A stretch of DNA of 51,912 bases. Source: a virus (taxonomy: Duplodnaviria; Caudoviricetes). The notes beneath the pieces were generated by a model. That model had not been told where the DNA came from. It searched no databases and worked only from the letters and a program-made list of their open reading frames with translations. Below, piece after piece: positions 8,048 through 16,145 of the stretch; position 1 is the stretch's first letter; each line of letters starts with the position of its first letter. The position numbers and the translations under genes are program-made. Location of the stretch: positions 1-51,912 of the IMG/VR virus record IMGVR_UViG_3300030104_000504; one strand, 5' to 3'.

Positions 8048-10040
8048 TTTGCATTCCTATTATTTGTGCCATTATAGCTGCTTCTTCTGGATCGTTTAGA
8101 AGTTCATCAGGGTCTAAATCTAAACTATAAGCAAGCTCACTAATAAGCTTATTAATTTTAATAAACGGAGCAACAGCAGGATTTGCTGCTGTCTGTAAAA
8201 ACATAGTAAGTCTTTGACTCCGTACCTCTTTTTGCATCAAGCTGTTTGTGCCTGTAGCTTTTACTTCAAGATCTCCTTCAACACCTAAATCAGATTCTAA
8301 AAACTGCATATTCCATTGGAAGTAGGCTTCTCCTAAAGGTTTAAGAAGGAAATCATCTAAGTTCTTTATTACTGTTTTAATATTAAGTGAAGCTGCTCCT
8401 AATAGCATAGACATACCAGAAGCAGTTCTTGTCATACTTTGTACACCTGTTTGACCGTGACTGTAGCTAGGAATACCTGTTTGTTCATCTGCTAACTGTC
8501 TAAATTTGTCAAACATCATCATGTTTTCTTGTGATGTATTAGGAAACTTCAAACCATTTATAGCTTGACCAGGAACTCCTGCTTGTCTTCTGAATACTTT
8601 ACCAGGATAAATCTCCATACTTTGACCGCCAACTAGTGCAGTCTCATCTACATCAAATACAAGAGAGCCAGATAGTGCTAGATTATCAATAGCCATTCTA
8701 GCGTGACCATTCATAATCTTTTGGCTATCGTCCATGTTTTCTGCTACACCTATACCGAAAAAGCTATAGGGATTTTTTTCATAAGTAAAAGCATGGTAAG
8801 GAACTCTATAAGGAGTAAATGGATTAACTACTGCTCTAAGCATTTTACCATTACAAACCCAAGCATTTATTTGAACTTCATCTAAATCATCTACATCTTC
8901 TTCAATTTCCATTCCTACTTGACGAGCATATTCTGCATCCATTACTCCCCAATACTCAAGAACTTCAAACTGACTAGCACCATATTCATCTGTACGACTA
9001 TCATCTTTTAGTTCATGTTCATAGTCTTTTTCTACATAGTTAGGCCCCATCTGTAAACATTCACGTATTGCATCTTTGTCAAAATATGGAAGTTTACTAA
9101 GCCCTCTAAGTTGAGTACGATTCATACGATGTCTATGAAATACATACTCTGCTTCGTTTATTGTTGTTGCATTTGGATCTGGAAAGAAATCCCAAATACT
9201 TACAAACTCTATACGTGGAACTCTAACTGAAATAGGTTGATAAGTTCTATTACCTTCTTCATCTTCATCCCAACGATTAAGAGTTTTGTTAAAGTTAAAA
9301 GGCCCTTTAACTACACCAGTGCCGAACAATGCTGCTTCAAATAAAGAGTTTCGTATTTCACTAGCTCCATTAGATTCTTCAATCTGATCATGGATTAGCT
9401 TTTCCATACGCCTTGCAGCTTTTTGAGCAGGGTTTACTTCAAGAGCTTCTGGTGTTGGTGACAACCCTTCCCGCAACAAACCTTCTTCTTCTGCTCTTTT
9501 TTCAATGTGTTCTTCTTCAAACTTTCCTGTTCCATAAGTAGCTCCAGGTTTTAGTGTTTTACCATCTCCTTCGTATCCTACATCAAAAGGATTTTCTATA
9601 GCTTTCTCTGTTCCTTCATCAGGCGTAGTTGTTTCTAAACCAGGTACAGGATTTTGAATATCTAAATGAGCATGTTCAGCTACACCTTCAGGAACTTTAG
9701 TTTCACTTACACCTATAGGAAATTTGTTTGATCCGAAAATAACATCGACCAACTGACCAAATGCAGCGAGTACTTTGGTCTTTGTGACTTTAACAAATAC
9801 TCTAGATTTCTCGGACTCCCTAAAGCGTACACTTTTACCATATAGTCCTCTATAATTATGATAAGCTTCTAACCACCGTTTTTCATCTAAATCACGAGCA
9901 GACTCAGCAGACTCAAATCTATCTTGAATTAAACCCACAAGATTATTCTGTAGGTTCTCTTCAAGAGTAAGATTTAATCCCTTTTCATCCTCTACTTCTT
10001 CAAAGTAAAGATCATTAGATGTTAAAGTATTTTCAGCCAT
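7872..10040 (-). CDS. Portal protein
   Basis: 722 aa; SRVFVKVTKTKV, ALFGTGVVKG, WDFFPDP, FFGIGVAE, RTASGMSML motifs; follows terminase. Confidence 0.92.
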   Translation of the reverse strand: MAENTLTSNDLYFEEVEDEKGLNLTLEENLQNNLVGLIQDRFESAESARDLDEKRWLEAYHNYRGLYGKSVRFRESEKSRVFVKVTKTKVLAAFGQLVDVIFGSNKFPIGVSETKVPEGVAEHAHLDIQNPVPGLETTTPDEGTEKAIENPFDVGYEGDGKTLKPGATYGTGKFEEEHIEKRAEEEGLLREGLSPTPEALEVNPAQKAARRMEKLIHDQIEESNGASEIRNSLFEAALFGTGVVKGPFNFNKTLNRWDEDEEGNRTYQPISVRVPRIEFVSIWDFFPDPNATTINEAEYVFHRHRMNRTQLRGLSKLPYFDKDAIRECLQMGPNYVEKDYEHELKDDSRTDEYGASQFEVLEYWGVMDAEYARQVGMEIEEDVDDLDEVQINAWVCNGKMLRAVVNPFTPYRVPYHAFTYEKNPYSFFGIGVAENMDDSQKIMNGHARMAIDNLALSGSLVFDVDETALVGGQSMEIYPGKVFRRQAGVPGQAINGLKFPNTSQENMMMFDKFRQLADEQTGIPSYSHGQTGVQSMTRTASGMSMLLGAASLNIKTVIKNLDDFLLKPLGEAYFQWNMQFLESDLGVEGDLEVKATGTNSLMQKEVRSQRLTMFLQTAANPAVAPFIKINKLISELAYSLDLDPDELLNDPEEAAIMAQIIGMQNAGQATGAEAGPINEEQAAMGAAGGVPQQPQDLGATGTGGGNIGVGGVPQPGEDEFTR

Positions 10041-10043
10041 CTA

Positions 10044-10631
10044 TTAGTCAGGCAATACGCCAAGGTGTAGGAATTCAACCAAGAACGTCACAGTAGTAGC
10101 TGCTGTAGCTAGGTCTGCTCCGATTGGAGTAAGTCTTCCATATAAAGTTCTTGCAGATGCTGTGTAAAGAGTTCCTGCAATTACAATAGCTTCAGAAGTA
10201 GCAGGGCCACCTACAACACCAGCAGTTACGCTAGTGCTAACAAATGCATTAGCTGCATGACCATGAGAGTTCTGAATAATGTAAAGAGGTGCATTAGCAG
10301 ACCATGTGACTGCTGAACCACCATCATCTAGAATAGCTTCTGTAGCAATAATCTGCGTACCGCCAGAAGAAGTACCTAGTGAAAAGTCTACGTCATTACC
10401 ACTACCACCCGCTGTAACAATGTTACCTGCTGGAATAGCAATCAAGTTTCGTATGATTGTATCTGCTGGTTGAGTGAATGAAACATCTGTGTTAGTATCA
10501 TCAGTTACTGCAATAGTATCTGTAGTTACAGAAGTCCAAGAAGTACATACGTTATCTGACAATGCACGTACATCTGCAAGTGATGCAGAGTCCCTCCCTG
10601 TATTTCTTATGCTTACAACTGGATTTGCCAT
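10044..10631 (-). CDS. Putative virion structural/decoration protein
   Basis: 195 aa Thr/Ala/Val-rich, beta-like, GGAG RBS; function inferred only. Confidence 0.55.
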   Translation of the reverse strand: MANPVVSIRNTGRDSASLADVRALSDNVCTSWTSVTTDTIAVTDDTNTDVSFTQPADTIIRNLIAIPAGNIVTAGGSGNDVDFSLGTSSGGTQIIATEAILDDGGSAVTWSANAPLYIIQNSHGHAANAFVSTSVTAGVVGGPATSEAIVIAGTLYTASARTLYGRLTPIGADLATAATTVTFLVEFLHLGVLPD

Positions 10632-10745
10632 ATTAATCTCCGTTTAGTTTTTTAATTAATTCGTACTGCTCTTTAATTTCTTTTTGTTGTGCTTTTAACC
10701 TGTTTTCTTGTTTAGATATTTTAGATCTCTTTTCAAATTTAATTC

Positions 10746-12560
10746 TCAATATCCAAATTCCTTATCTACTGGCGTATAAGCTTGTTCCATTCTCATATTT
10801 CTAAATTGACTAAATACATCATTTACTTTAGGTCTTGACATAATTAAATACCTTAAAGCATCGTATGCATGATCAGGAGCATGAGTATCTACATCTTCAG
10901 GATTTGATTTATCTAAAGGAATAGATTGAAGCTCACGTATGAGATTTGGGCAAGTATTAAAAATTTGTACTTTAGGTCTGCCACTTGGTTGTATTCTCAA
11001 ATATTCGTGAAGCTGTATCTTTCCTTGAATTCTGTTTTTGTCGGCCCTACGGAGCTTATGACCTGCACGTTGTAATGTCTCTCCTACTGTAGGGCCTGTA
11101 GTTCCTGTTCTATTCCATGCTGCTGTATCAAGTACACCTGCAACTGCATAAGGATCAGCTAACTCCATGTTAGTGATCATCTGCGCTAAATCAACTCCTG
11201 TTAAATTTTTCTTATATAATTCTCTATATATAATTAATGTGCCGTCAGAGGGATCAACAGTACCCCATACACAAGCACTTTCAGAAGCATAACCATAGTC
11301 AATTCCTTTTACTCTTTCCCATCCTATAGGTATTTCAAAAGGAGTAATTACATGAGCATCTAAATCAAACTCTGTAAAAGCTGCTCCTTCTGTAACATCC
11401 CAATTACCTTCAAGTAACTGTTTACGTTGAACATCAGGCAATGCATTTAACATTTGCTCATATCTGCCATCTTTTGCAAGATAAGGGTTATCTTCTAACC
11501 TAGCAGGTATGAACCTACGTGTAAGCCCATCATCCCCTGTAAAAGTTTCGTTAGGCTCATTAGGATCTACGTAACGCTTTTTAACCCAAGTAGCTCCTAC
11601 ACCACCAGGGTTAGCCGTACAACGCATATATGGCGTTATTTCTGGATCTGTCGTTCTAAGTCTTGAAGATAGATAGTTCCAAGAAAACTCTGTTGATAAA
11701 TGAGTAATCTCATCAAAACCTATCCAAGAATATGCTTGACCCTGATAACGATATACATCTGCATCTCTTTCAAGGAAGCCAAACTCTATTTTGCATCCTG
11801 AAGGAAATGTCCAAACCTTTTCTACTTCTCTAAACTTACAACCTGGAAAAGCTCTAGGATATAACTCCCTAGACTTATCTATTAGTTCTCTAAGCTCTGG
11901 CATAGATCTTCTAAGTATTAATGCCCTATGAGCCGCTCTGTGAGCGTATCTAAGAGGGTCTACAAGCATAGCATATGACTTGCCACCTCCTGCTGCTCCT
12001 CCGTACAGTACATCCGTTTCTGGAGCTGCTAGGAAGTCTGTTTGAGGCCCTTCATTAGGTTTAAATATAACTTTAGTTGCTTCTTTTACTTTTGGAGTTA
12101 ACAAATCTAACTCATCTTCTGTAGCAACTTTACCTAATGAGTCTTGACCTAACTTAGTTTGAATCTTAGTCTGAGCGTTTAATGAACTTTTAGCAGACTT
12201 TAATTTCTTGTCAAGCTTTTCTACTCTTTTTTGTTTAGCCCTTAAAGACTGTCTAGCGGCTATTTTAGCTTTATTTGCTGAACTATAGTTATATTTACCA
12301 GGAGAGCCTGTAGATTTTCGCTCATCCTTTACGTATTTTGAAAGAGCTTGCACTGATATACTGTATCCTTTAGCCTCTATGAATAATCTACCTTCACGTA
12401 TTGACTTGATGGCTCCTGATACGATACCTTCTACAACCTCTTTCAGAACTTTATATTTAGCCTCGTTACGTACAAACTGTTTATTTTCTACATCTGCATC
12501 ATATGCAAATGGAGCTATGCCTTGACTTCTAGGTTTAGTTTTCGGCAACTTCATATTCAC
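10746..12560 (-). CDS. terL: Terminase large subunit with N-terminal extension
   Basis: Walker A YGGAAGGGKS, Walker B IGFDE, motif III TANPGG, nuclease GIDYG and DHAYDALRY. Confidence 0.95.
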   Translation of the reverse strand: MNMKLPKTKPRSQGIAPFAYDADVENKQFVRNEAKYKVLKEVVEGIVSGAIKSIREGRLFIEAKGYSISVQALSKYVKDERKSTGSPGKYNYSSANKAKIAARQSLRAKQKRVEKLDKKLKSAKSSLNAQTKIQTKLGQDSLGKVATEDELDLLTPKVKEATKVIFKPNEGPQTDFLAAPETDVLYGGAAGGGKSYAMLVDPLRYAHRAAHRALILRRSMPELRELIDKSRELYPRAFPGCKFREVEKVWTFPSGCKIEFGFLERDADVYRYQGQAYSWIGFDEITHLSTEFSWNYLSSRLRTTDPEITPYMRCTANPGGVGATWVKKRYVDPNEPNETFTGDDGLTRRFIPARLEDNPYLAKDGRYEQMLNALPDVQRKQLLEGNWDVTEGAAFTEFDLDAHVITPFEIPIGWERVKGIDYGYASESACVWGTVDPSDGTLIIYRELYKKNLTGVDLAQMITNMELADPYAVAGVLDTAAWNRTGTTGPTVGETLQRAGHKLRRADKNRIQGKIQLHEYLRIQPSGRPKVQIFNTCPNLIRELQSIPLDKSNPEDVDTHAPDHAYDALRYLIMSRPKVNDVFSQFRNMRMEQAYTPVDKEFGY

Positions 12561-12957
12561 CCTCTACTACCGTTTTAGCAGGAAGAATAAATAAAGAACC
12601 CCCATCAGTTTCTACGTTAACATCAATCCTATCTTGTTTACCTAGTCCTGTACGATCCAAGATTGTTTGTGCAGCTTGTAAACGCACATTAGCCTGGGGC
12701 ATAGGATCATCAGTATTCATAACATCAACAAGTTTCATAGCCGCTTGGGGTGCAGATTGAGCGAGGATTTGAGAGGCCAGTTCTATTATTTCATTTTTAA
12801 GTGATTTAATTACTTGGAAATAGCTGCCTTCGGCATACCCTGCAAGCTCCGCTGCTTCTTTTGGATCACCTCCTGTTTGGATTAGATAGCCTAAGAACTT
12901 TTGCTGCTTGTCTGTTAATTCTCTTTCTTGTTGTTTTTGAGGTAAATATCCATTCAT
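12535..12957 (-). CDS. Terminase small subunit-like protein (start reassigned from 12993 to ATG 12957)
   Basis: LTDKQQKFL...AAELAGY HTH pattern, AAQTILDRTG; upstream of terL; the track's TTG start is the -35 box of its promoter. Confidence 0.75.
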   Translation of the reverse strand: MNGYLPQKQQERELTDKQQKFLGYLIQTGGDPKEAAELAGYAEGSYFQVIKSLKNEIIELASQILAQSAPQAAMKLVDVMNTDDPMPQANVRLQAAQTILDRTGLGKQDRIDVNVETDGGSLFILPAKTVVEGEYEVAEN

Positions 12958-12964
12958 GCTGTAC

Positions 12965-12993
12965 ATTATAGTAGTGTATTTAGAGTTTGTCAA
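12965..12993 (-). promoter_or_regulatory. Perfect consensus sigma70 promoter driving packaging/structural arm
   Basis: TTGACA (12993-12988), 17 bp spacer, TATAAT (12970-12965). Confidence 0.9.
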
Positions 12994-13011
12994 GTCTTTT
13001 TTAAATAAAAC

Positions 13012-13040
13012 TTGACAAACTTACGATTCAACTGTATACT
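13012..13040 (+). promoter_or_regulatory. Sigma70 promoter facing the early arm
   Basis: TTGACA 13012-13017, 17 bp spacer, TATACT 13035-13040. Confidence 0.85.
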
Positions 13041-13567
13041 GGAGTAACTCCCTATGGGGGTTGTGCATATATATACCTCGTATATAATACTTTTAAAAGC
13101 TTTAAAAGGTGAGCGCAACTTTCCTAAGTATTGACAACTTGAAAAGCCCTTAAAATTTTTAAGATTGCATTACACCCCCACCACCCTGCCACGGCCACCT
13201 GCCCAGCCCCTCTCAAACTTATAGAGTATAACTTTTGAAAAGCTTCTGAAGCCTTGCAAGATTGATGCCAAGTTTAACAGCCCTGAAAATATTTTTAAAA
13301 GTTTTCAAATGTGGCCTAAATATTGCATAGCTCTGTAAATATATTCCATAGAGTGTACAATTTTTAAAAGGTATTCCGAAGTTTCATAAATACAGCAATA
13401 CTTTTAAAAACTTCTAAATACTTTCAAAAACTTATGAATTATTCACCATACTATCACGCTCCATTTTATCTCCATTATTCCTTATAGATTTCTAAAGAAA
13501 TTTAGCCGAGAATCTTAACCGAGTCGAGGCACGTAGCCGAGACATTAACAAATAGGGAATATTTAAA
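13041..13567. other. Long non-coding region; candidate genome terminus/origin
   Basis: No ORF >=60 aa, many TTTTAAAA/TTTTGAAA tracts, one C-rich island, lies at the strand divergence next to terS. Confidence 0.55.
13215..13236 (+). repeat. Dyad motif copy 1 (centre GAG)
   Basis: AAACTTATAGAGTATAACTTTT. Confidence 0.9.
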
Positions 13568-14161
13568 ATGGATCTACAAATAAACAAGGACAACACAGTC
13601 AAACTTCCAACTGCTATCAACAATTCAGAAGTAGCAATCGACGTGAAAGAAGTGAGAGAAGTAGTTAAAAAGCTTCTATCAGCAGAATTAGTAATCGAGA
13701 ATTTAACGCCTCGAATATTTAAAACATTTAGAGAAGTTATACATTCTCACAATGTAGAAGAATTTTTAAAGCTTCAAAAAGCTTTTTGCAATGCGTCAGG
13801 CTTTAAGAATGTATCTCAATTAGCTGAAGCTTCAGGCACAAAAACTATTCAAACCATGATTTCTACTTTGAAAAGATACACCAAAGAATTCACTGGCAAG
13901 CCTGAAAGCTTTGGAGAGATTCAAAAAGAATTGAAGGCAGTAGCGCAAGCTAAGAATTCAACACCCGCCAATGGCAAAGATGGGAAGACACCCGATTCTA
14001 CTGTTGAATCTGGAACAGAGTCAGAAGTACCTAGTGCGATTCCATCAAGTATTGTTGACCCGCATATAATCGAGTTTATCAACAAGGCACCTCGGCTATC
14101 TGTAGAACAACAGAAAGAAATTGGAAAGGTATTGGCTCAAATCAACTCACAAATCAAGTAA
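13568..14161 (+). CDS. First early gene, hypothetical (197 aa)
   Basis: ORF with AGGGA RBS; helical N-domain, flexible linker, short helical C-domain; no family recognised. Confidence 0.75.
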   Translation: MDLQINKDNTVKLPTAINNSEVAIDVKEVREVVKKLLSAELVIENLTPRIFKTFREVIHSHNVEEFLKLQKAFCNASGFKNVSQLAEASGTKTIQTMISTLKRYTKEFTGKPESFGEIQKELKAVAQAKNSTPANGKDGKTPDSTVESGTESEVPSAIPSSIVDPHIIEFINKAPRLSVEQQKEIGKVLAQINSQIK

Positions 14162-14174
14162 GGGTATTCCCTAT

Positions 14175-14201
14175 AGACCTAGGCAAGTCTCTAAACTGCC
14201 T
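14175..14201 (+). other. Compact H-type RNA pseudoknot candidate
   Basis: AGAC-CT-AGGCA-A-GTCT-CTAAAC-TGCCT: stem1 AGAC/GTCT, stem2 AGGCA/TGCCT. Confidence 0.55.
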
Positions 14202-14262
14202 CGCTTGCTGTGGATTTCTACACGTAGTAGAATAGAAGCTATACAATATGGATTTTAGAAAA

Positions 14263-14284
14263 AAACTTATACTGTATAACTTTT
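14263..14284 (+). repeat. Dyad motif copy 2 (centre CTG)
   Basis: AAACTTATACTGTATAACTTTT, 14 nt before ATG 14299. Confidence 0.95.
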
Positions 14285-14298
14285 GAAAAGGTTTAAAG

Positions 14299-14538
14299 AT
14301 GAAACAATACGCTCATATTTCAACATGGGATTTGCAAGGAAGCTTGTACTTGCTACCTATTTGCGGATCTAAAAAGGGTCATAGATTAGAGGGTCAAAAA
14401 GATATAAACTCTCAAGATATTATCCATAGATCGGACATAGACGATGAGTGGTTAAAAACTAATGTTGCTTGCAAGCAATGTTTAAACTTATACTTAAAAC
14501 CAACGAAAGAAGAATCAACACAGTTAAGCTTGTTCTAA
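14299..14538 (+). CDS. 79 aa Cys/His protein ending in beta-clamp motif QLSLF
   Basis: H...PICG...CKQC possible Zn site; C-terminus STQLSLF. Confidence 0.7.
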   Translation: MKQYAHISTWDLQGSLYLLPICGSKKGHRLEGQKDINSQDIIHRSDIDDEWLKTNVACKQCLNLYLKPTKEESTQLSLF

Positions 14539-14559
14539 AACTTATACTGTATAACTTTT
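14538..14559 (+). repeat. Dyad motif copy 3 (centre CTG); part of 43-bp exact repeat 14537..14579
   Basis: Overlaps TAA of upstream ORF; 14537..14579 is identical to 14812..14854. Confidence 0.95.
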
Positions 14560-14572
14560 GAAAGGATTTAGA

Positions 14573-14812
14573 ATGGATACTGAAGACTCAAGACCGACTC
14601 TAGAACTACCAGAATTTTTAAGCCAACAGGCAGACATTGCGTCAGCATCGGTTTACAATTACTATGTAGAAAACAAGCTAGATTTAAATGGCTTGTTTGA
14701 AGTTGCGGAGAATGGAGACGCTCGTTATAGTGAGCATGGTCAGGACTTATTCAATGGTTTCTATGACGATGCCGAAGAATTTCTTCTTGGACTGTACAAA
14801 AAGGGAAGTTAA
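14573..14812 (+). CDS. 79 aa acidic hypothetical protein (start reassigned to ATG 14573)
   Basis: AAGGA RBS then ATG; 17 D/E versus 5 K/R by hand count. Confidence 0.75.
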   Translation: MDTEDSRPTLELPEFLSQQADIASASVYNYYVENKLDLNGLFEVAENGDARYSEHGQDLFNGFYDDAEEFLLGLYKKGS

Positions 14813-14834
14813 AAACTTATACTGTATAACTTTT
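14813..14834 (+). repeat. Dyad motif copy 4 (centre CTG); part of 43-bp exact repeat 14812..14854
   Basis: Immediately follows TAA 14810-14812. Confidence 0.95.
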
Positions 14835-14847
14835 GAAAGGATTTAGA

Positions 14848-15084
14848 ATGGATAGAGAATGTCAAAAAAGAAAAAGTGTTAGTAGTTCTTGCTATGTTAT
14901 TTCTCCTGAAGTGCAAGAGCTTGCAAACAAAATGAAAAGGTTTGTAAAGGAACAAGAAAAAAGAAGAAACGACAAAGAAATTTTGGAAGCTCTTCTATCT
15001 TGTGAAGATCCAATTAAAGCAGTAGTAATGATGCAAGCTGAAAGAAAAAGGCAAGCTGAACTAATTAAGGATAACGATGAATAA
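14848..15084 (+). CDS. 78 aa helical hypothetical protein (start reassigned to ATG 14848)
   Basis: Same RBS/ATG context as 14573. Confidence 0.7.
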   Translation: MDRECQKRKSVSSSCYVISPEVQELANKMKRFVKEQEKRRNDKEILEALLSCEDPIKAVVMMQAERKRQAELIKDNDE

Positions 15085-15220
15085 AGAATCAAAAGCGATT
15101 GGCAGAAAAGCCGCAGGGTCTTATGGTAGACCACGAAACGCAAACAAGCGTCGAGGCTATAACGCTAAACGTGCGGGTAATAAAGCAATTAGAAAGGCAG
15201 GTAAAAACTATGAGGTTTAA
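15077..15220 (+). CDS. 47 aa Arg/Lys-rich peptide (not in ORF track)
   Basis: AAGGA RBS; MNKESKAIGRKAAGSYGRPRNANKRRGYNAKRAGNKAIRKAGKNYEV; coupled to both neighbours. Confidence 0.6.
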   Translation: MNKESKAIGRKAAGSYGRPRNANKRRGYNAKRAGNKAIRKAGKNYEV

Positions 15221-15368
15221 CTATTTGGTTGAGGTAGAATATAGAGATGGTTCAGTTCGGGCCAAGCTCTTTAACTACAAAGAGGCTGACAAGGCAAACA
15301 GGTATCACAGTAGAATGGAGAATACCTGGGGCAAATCTATCAAAAAAGTGACCACAAAAAGGATTTAA
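15210..15368 (+). CDS. 52 aa hypothetical protein (3' part of track ORF 15099..15368)
   Basis: ATG 15210 overlapping previous ORF end; MRFNYLVEVEYRDGS... Confidence 0.55.
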   Translation: MRFNYLVEVEYRDGSVRAKLFNYKEADKANRYHSRMENTWGKSIKKVTTKRI

Positions 15369-15369
15369 A

Positions 15370-16125
15370 ATGAGAGAATTTAGTGGGGGTAAACTCCTTA
15401 AAATAAAGGTAAAGCCAAAACCTAAAGGCTTTATCTTGTACGATGGGCCAAGTATTCTTGATGGTAAACCGATAGCTGTTATTGCTACGCTGTCTACCAG
15501 CAATAGAAAAACTGGCCCCATGATTCAGACATGGATTATTAGATCAGATATAGATCCAGTGTCAGCATCAAAAGAGGGAGAAGATTCTAGTATCTGTGGG
15601 AGTTGTCCTCATAAGCATAACTTAGGTGGTGCTTGCTATGTAAATATTGGTCAGGCACCATTAGCAATATTCAAAGCTTATAAACGTGGGCTGTACCCGC
15701 ATATAGATTACGAGGCAGACCATATTCATTTTGTTGGGCGTATGGTTAGGCTTGGTGCTTATGGTGATCCATCTGCTATGCCTTATGAAGTAGCAGAAAA
15801 AGTTGTTAGCATGGGTCGTGGTCATACTGGCTACACTCATCAGATAAGGCATAAGAAATTTGACAAGAGGTTCTTAAACTTGTGCATGGTTTCAGCAGAT
15901 ACACCAAAGCAAGCCTTAAAGTATCAAGCTATGGGAGCTAAAACATTTAGAGTTGCGCTAGAAAACGACTCGATGTACGATAGTGAAATTGAATGTTTGA
16001 GTGAGTCCGAGGGGTTACAGTGTGATGCTTGTGGATTATGTAATGGTCAACAGCAAAGCATTGCAATCAAAGTACATGGATCTAGAGCGAGTAAGTTCAA
16101 GTCCAAGTTGATCGCAGTAGGATAA
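15370..16125 (+). CDS. Cys-rich phage protein, possibly Fe-S / radical-SAM-like (GP88-like)
   Basis: SNRKTGPM, CGSC...CY, VRLGAYGDP, TGYTH, C-terminal C..CDACGLC and VHG. Confidence 0.55.
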   Translation: MREFSGGKLLKIKVKPKPKGFILYDGPSILDGKPIAVIATLSTSNRKTGPMIQTWIIRSDIDPVSASKEGEDSSICGSCPHKHNLGGACYVNIGQAPLAIFKAYKRGLYPHIDYEADHIHFVGRMVRLGAYGDPSAMPYEVAEKVVSMGRGHTGYTHQIRHKKFDKRFLNLCMVSADTPKQALKYQAMGAKTFRVALENDSMYDSEIECLSESEGLQCDACGLCNGQQQSIAIKVHGSRASKFKSKLIAVG

Positions 16126-16145
16126 ACTTATACAATATAACTTTT
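16124..16145 (+). repeat. Dyad motif copy 5 (centre CAA)
   Basis: AAACTTATACAATATAACTTTT overlapping TAA of 15370..16125. Confidence 0.95.

Noticed and set aside
10633-10749. 38-aa Lys-rich TTG-start ORF between terL and 10044..10631
   Set aside because: Fits the gap but is short, low complexity and has a weak start; insufficient support.
13131-13165. Third TTGACA promoter
   Set aside because: Nearest -10-like hexamers are at 14 and 23 bp spacing.
14263-14834. Dyad motif as ordinary sigma70 promoter or XerCD dif site
   Set aside because: TATACT/TATAAC resemble -10 boxes but I found no -35 at proper spacing in the copies checked; arms do not match the dif consensus.
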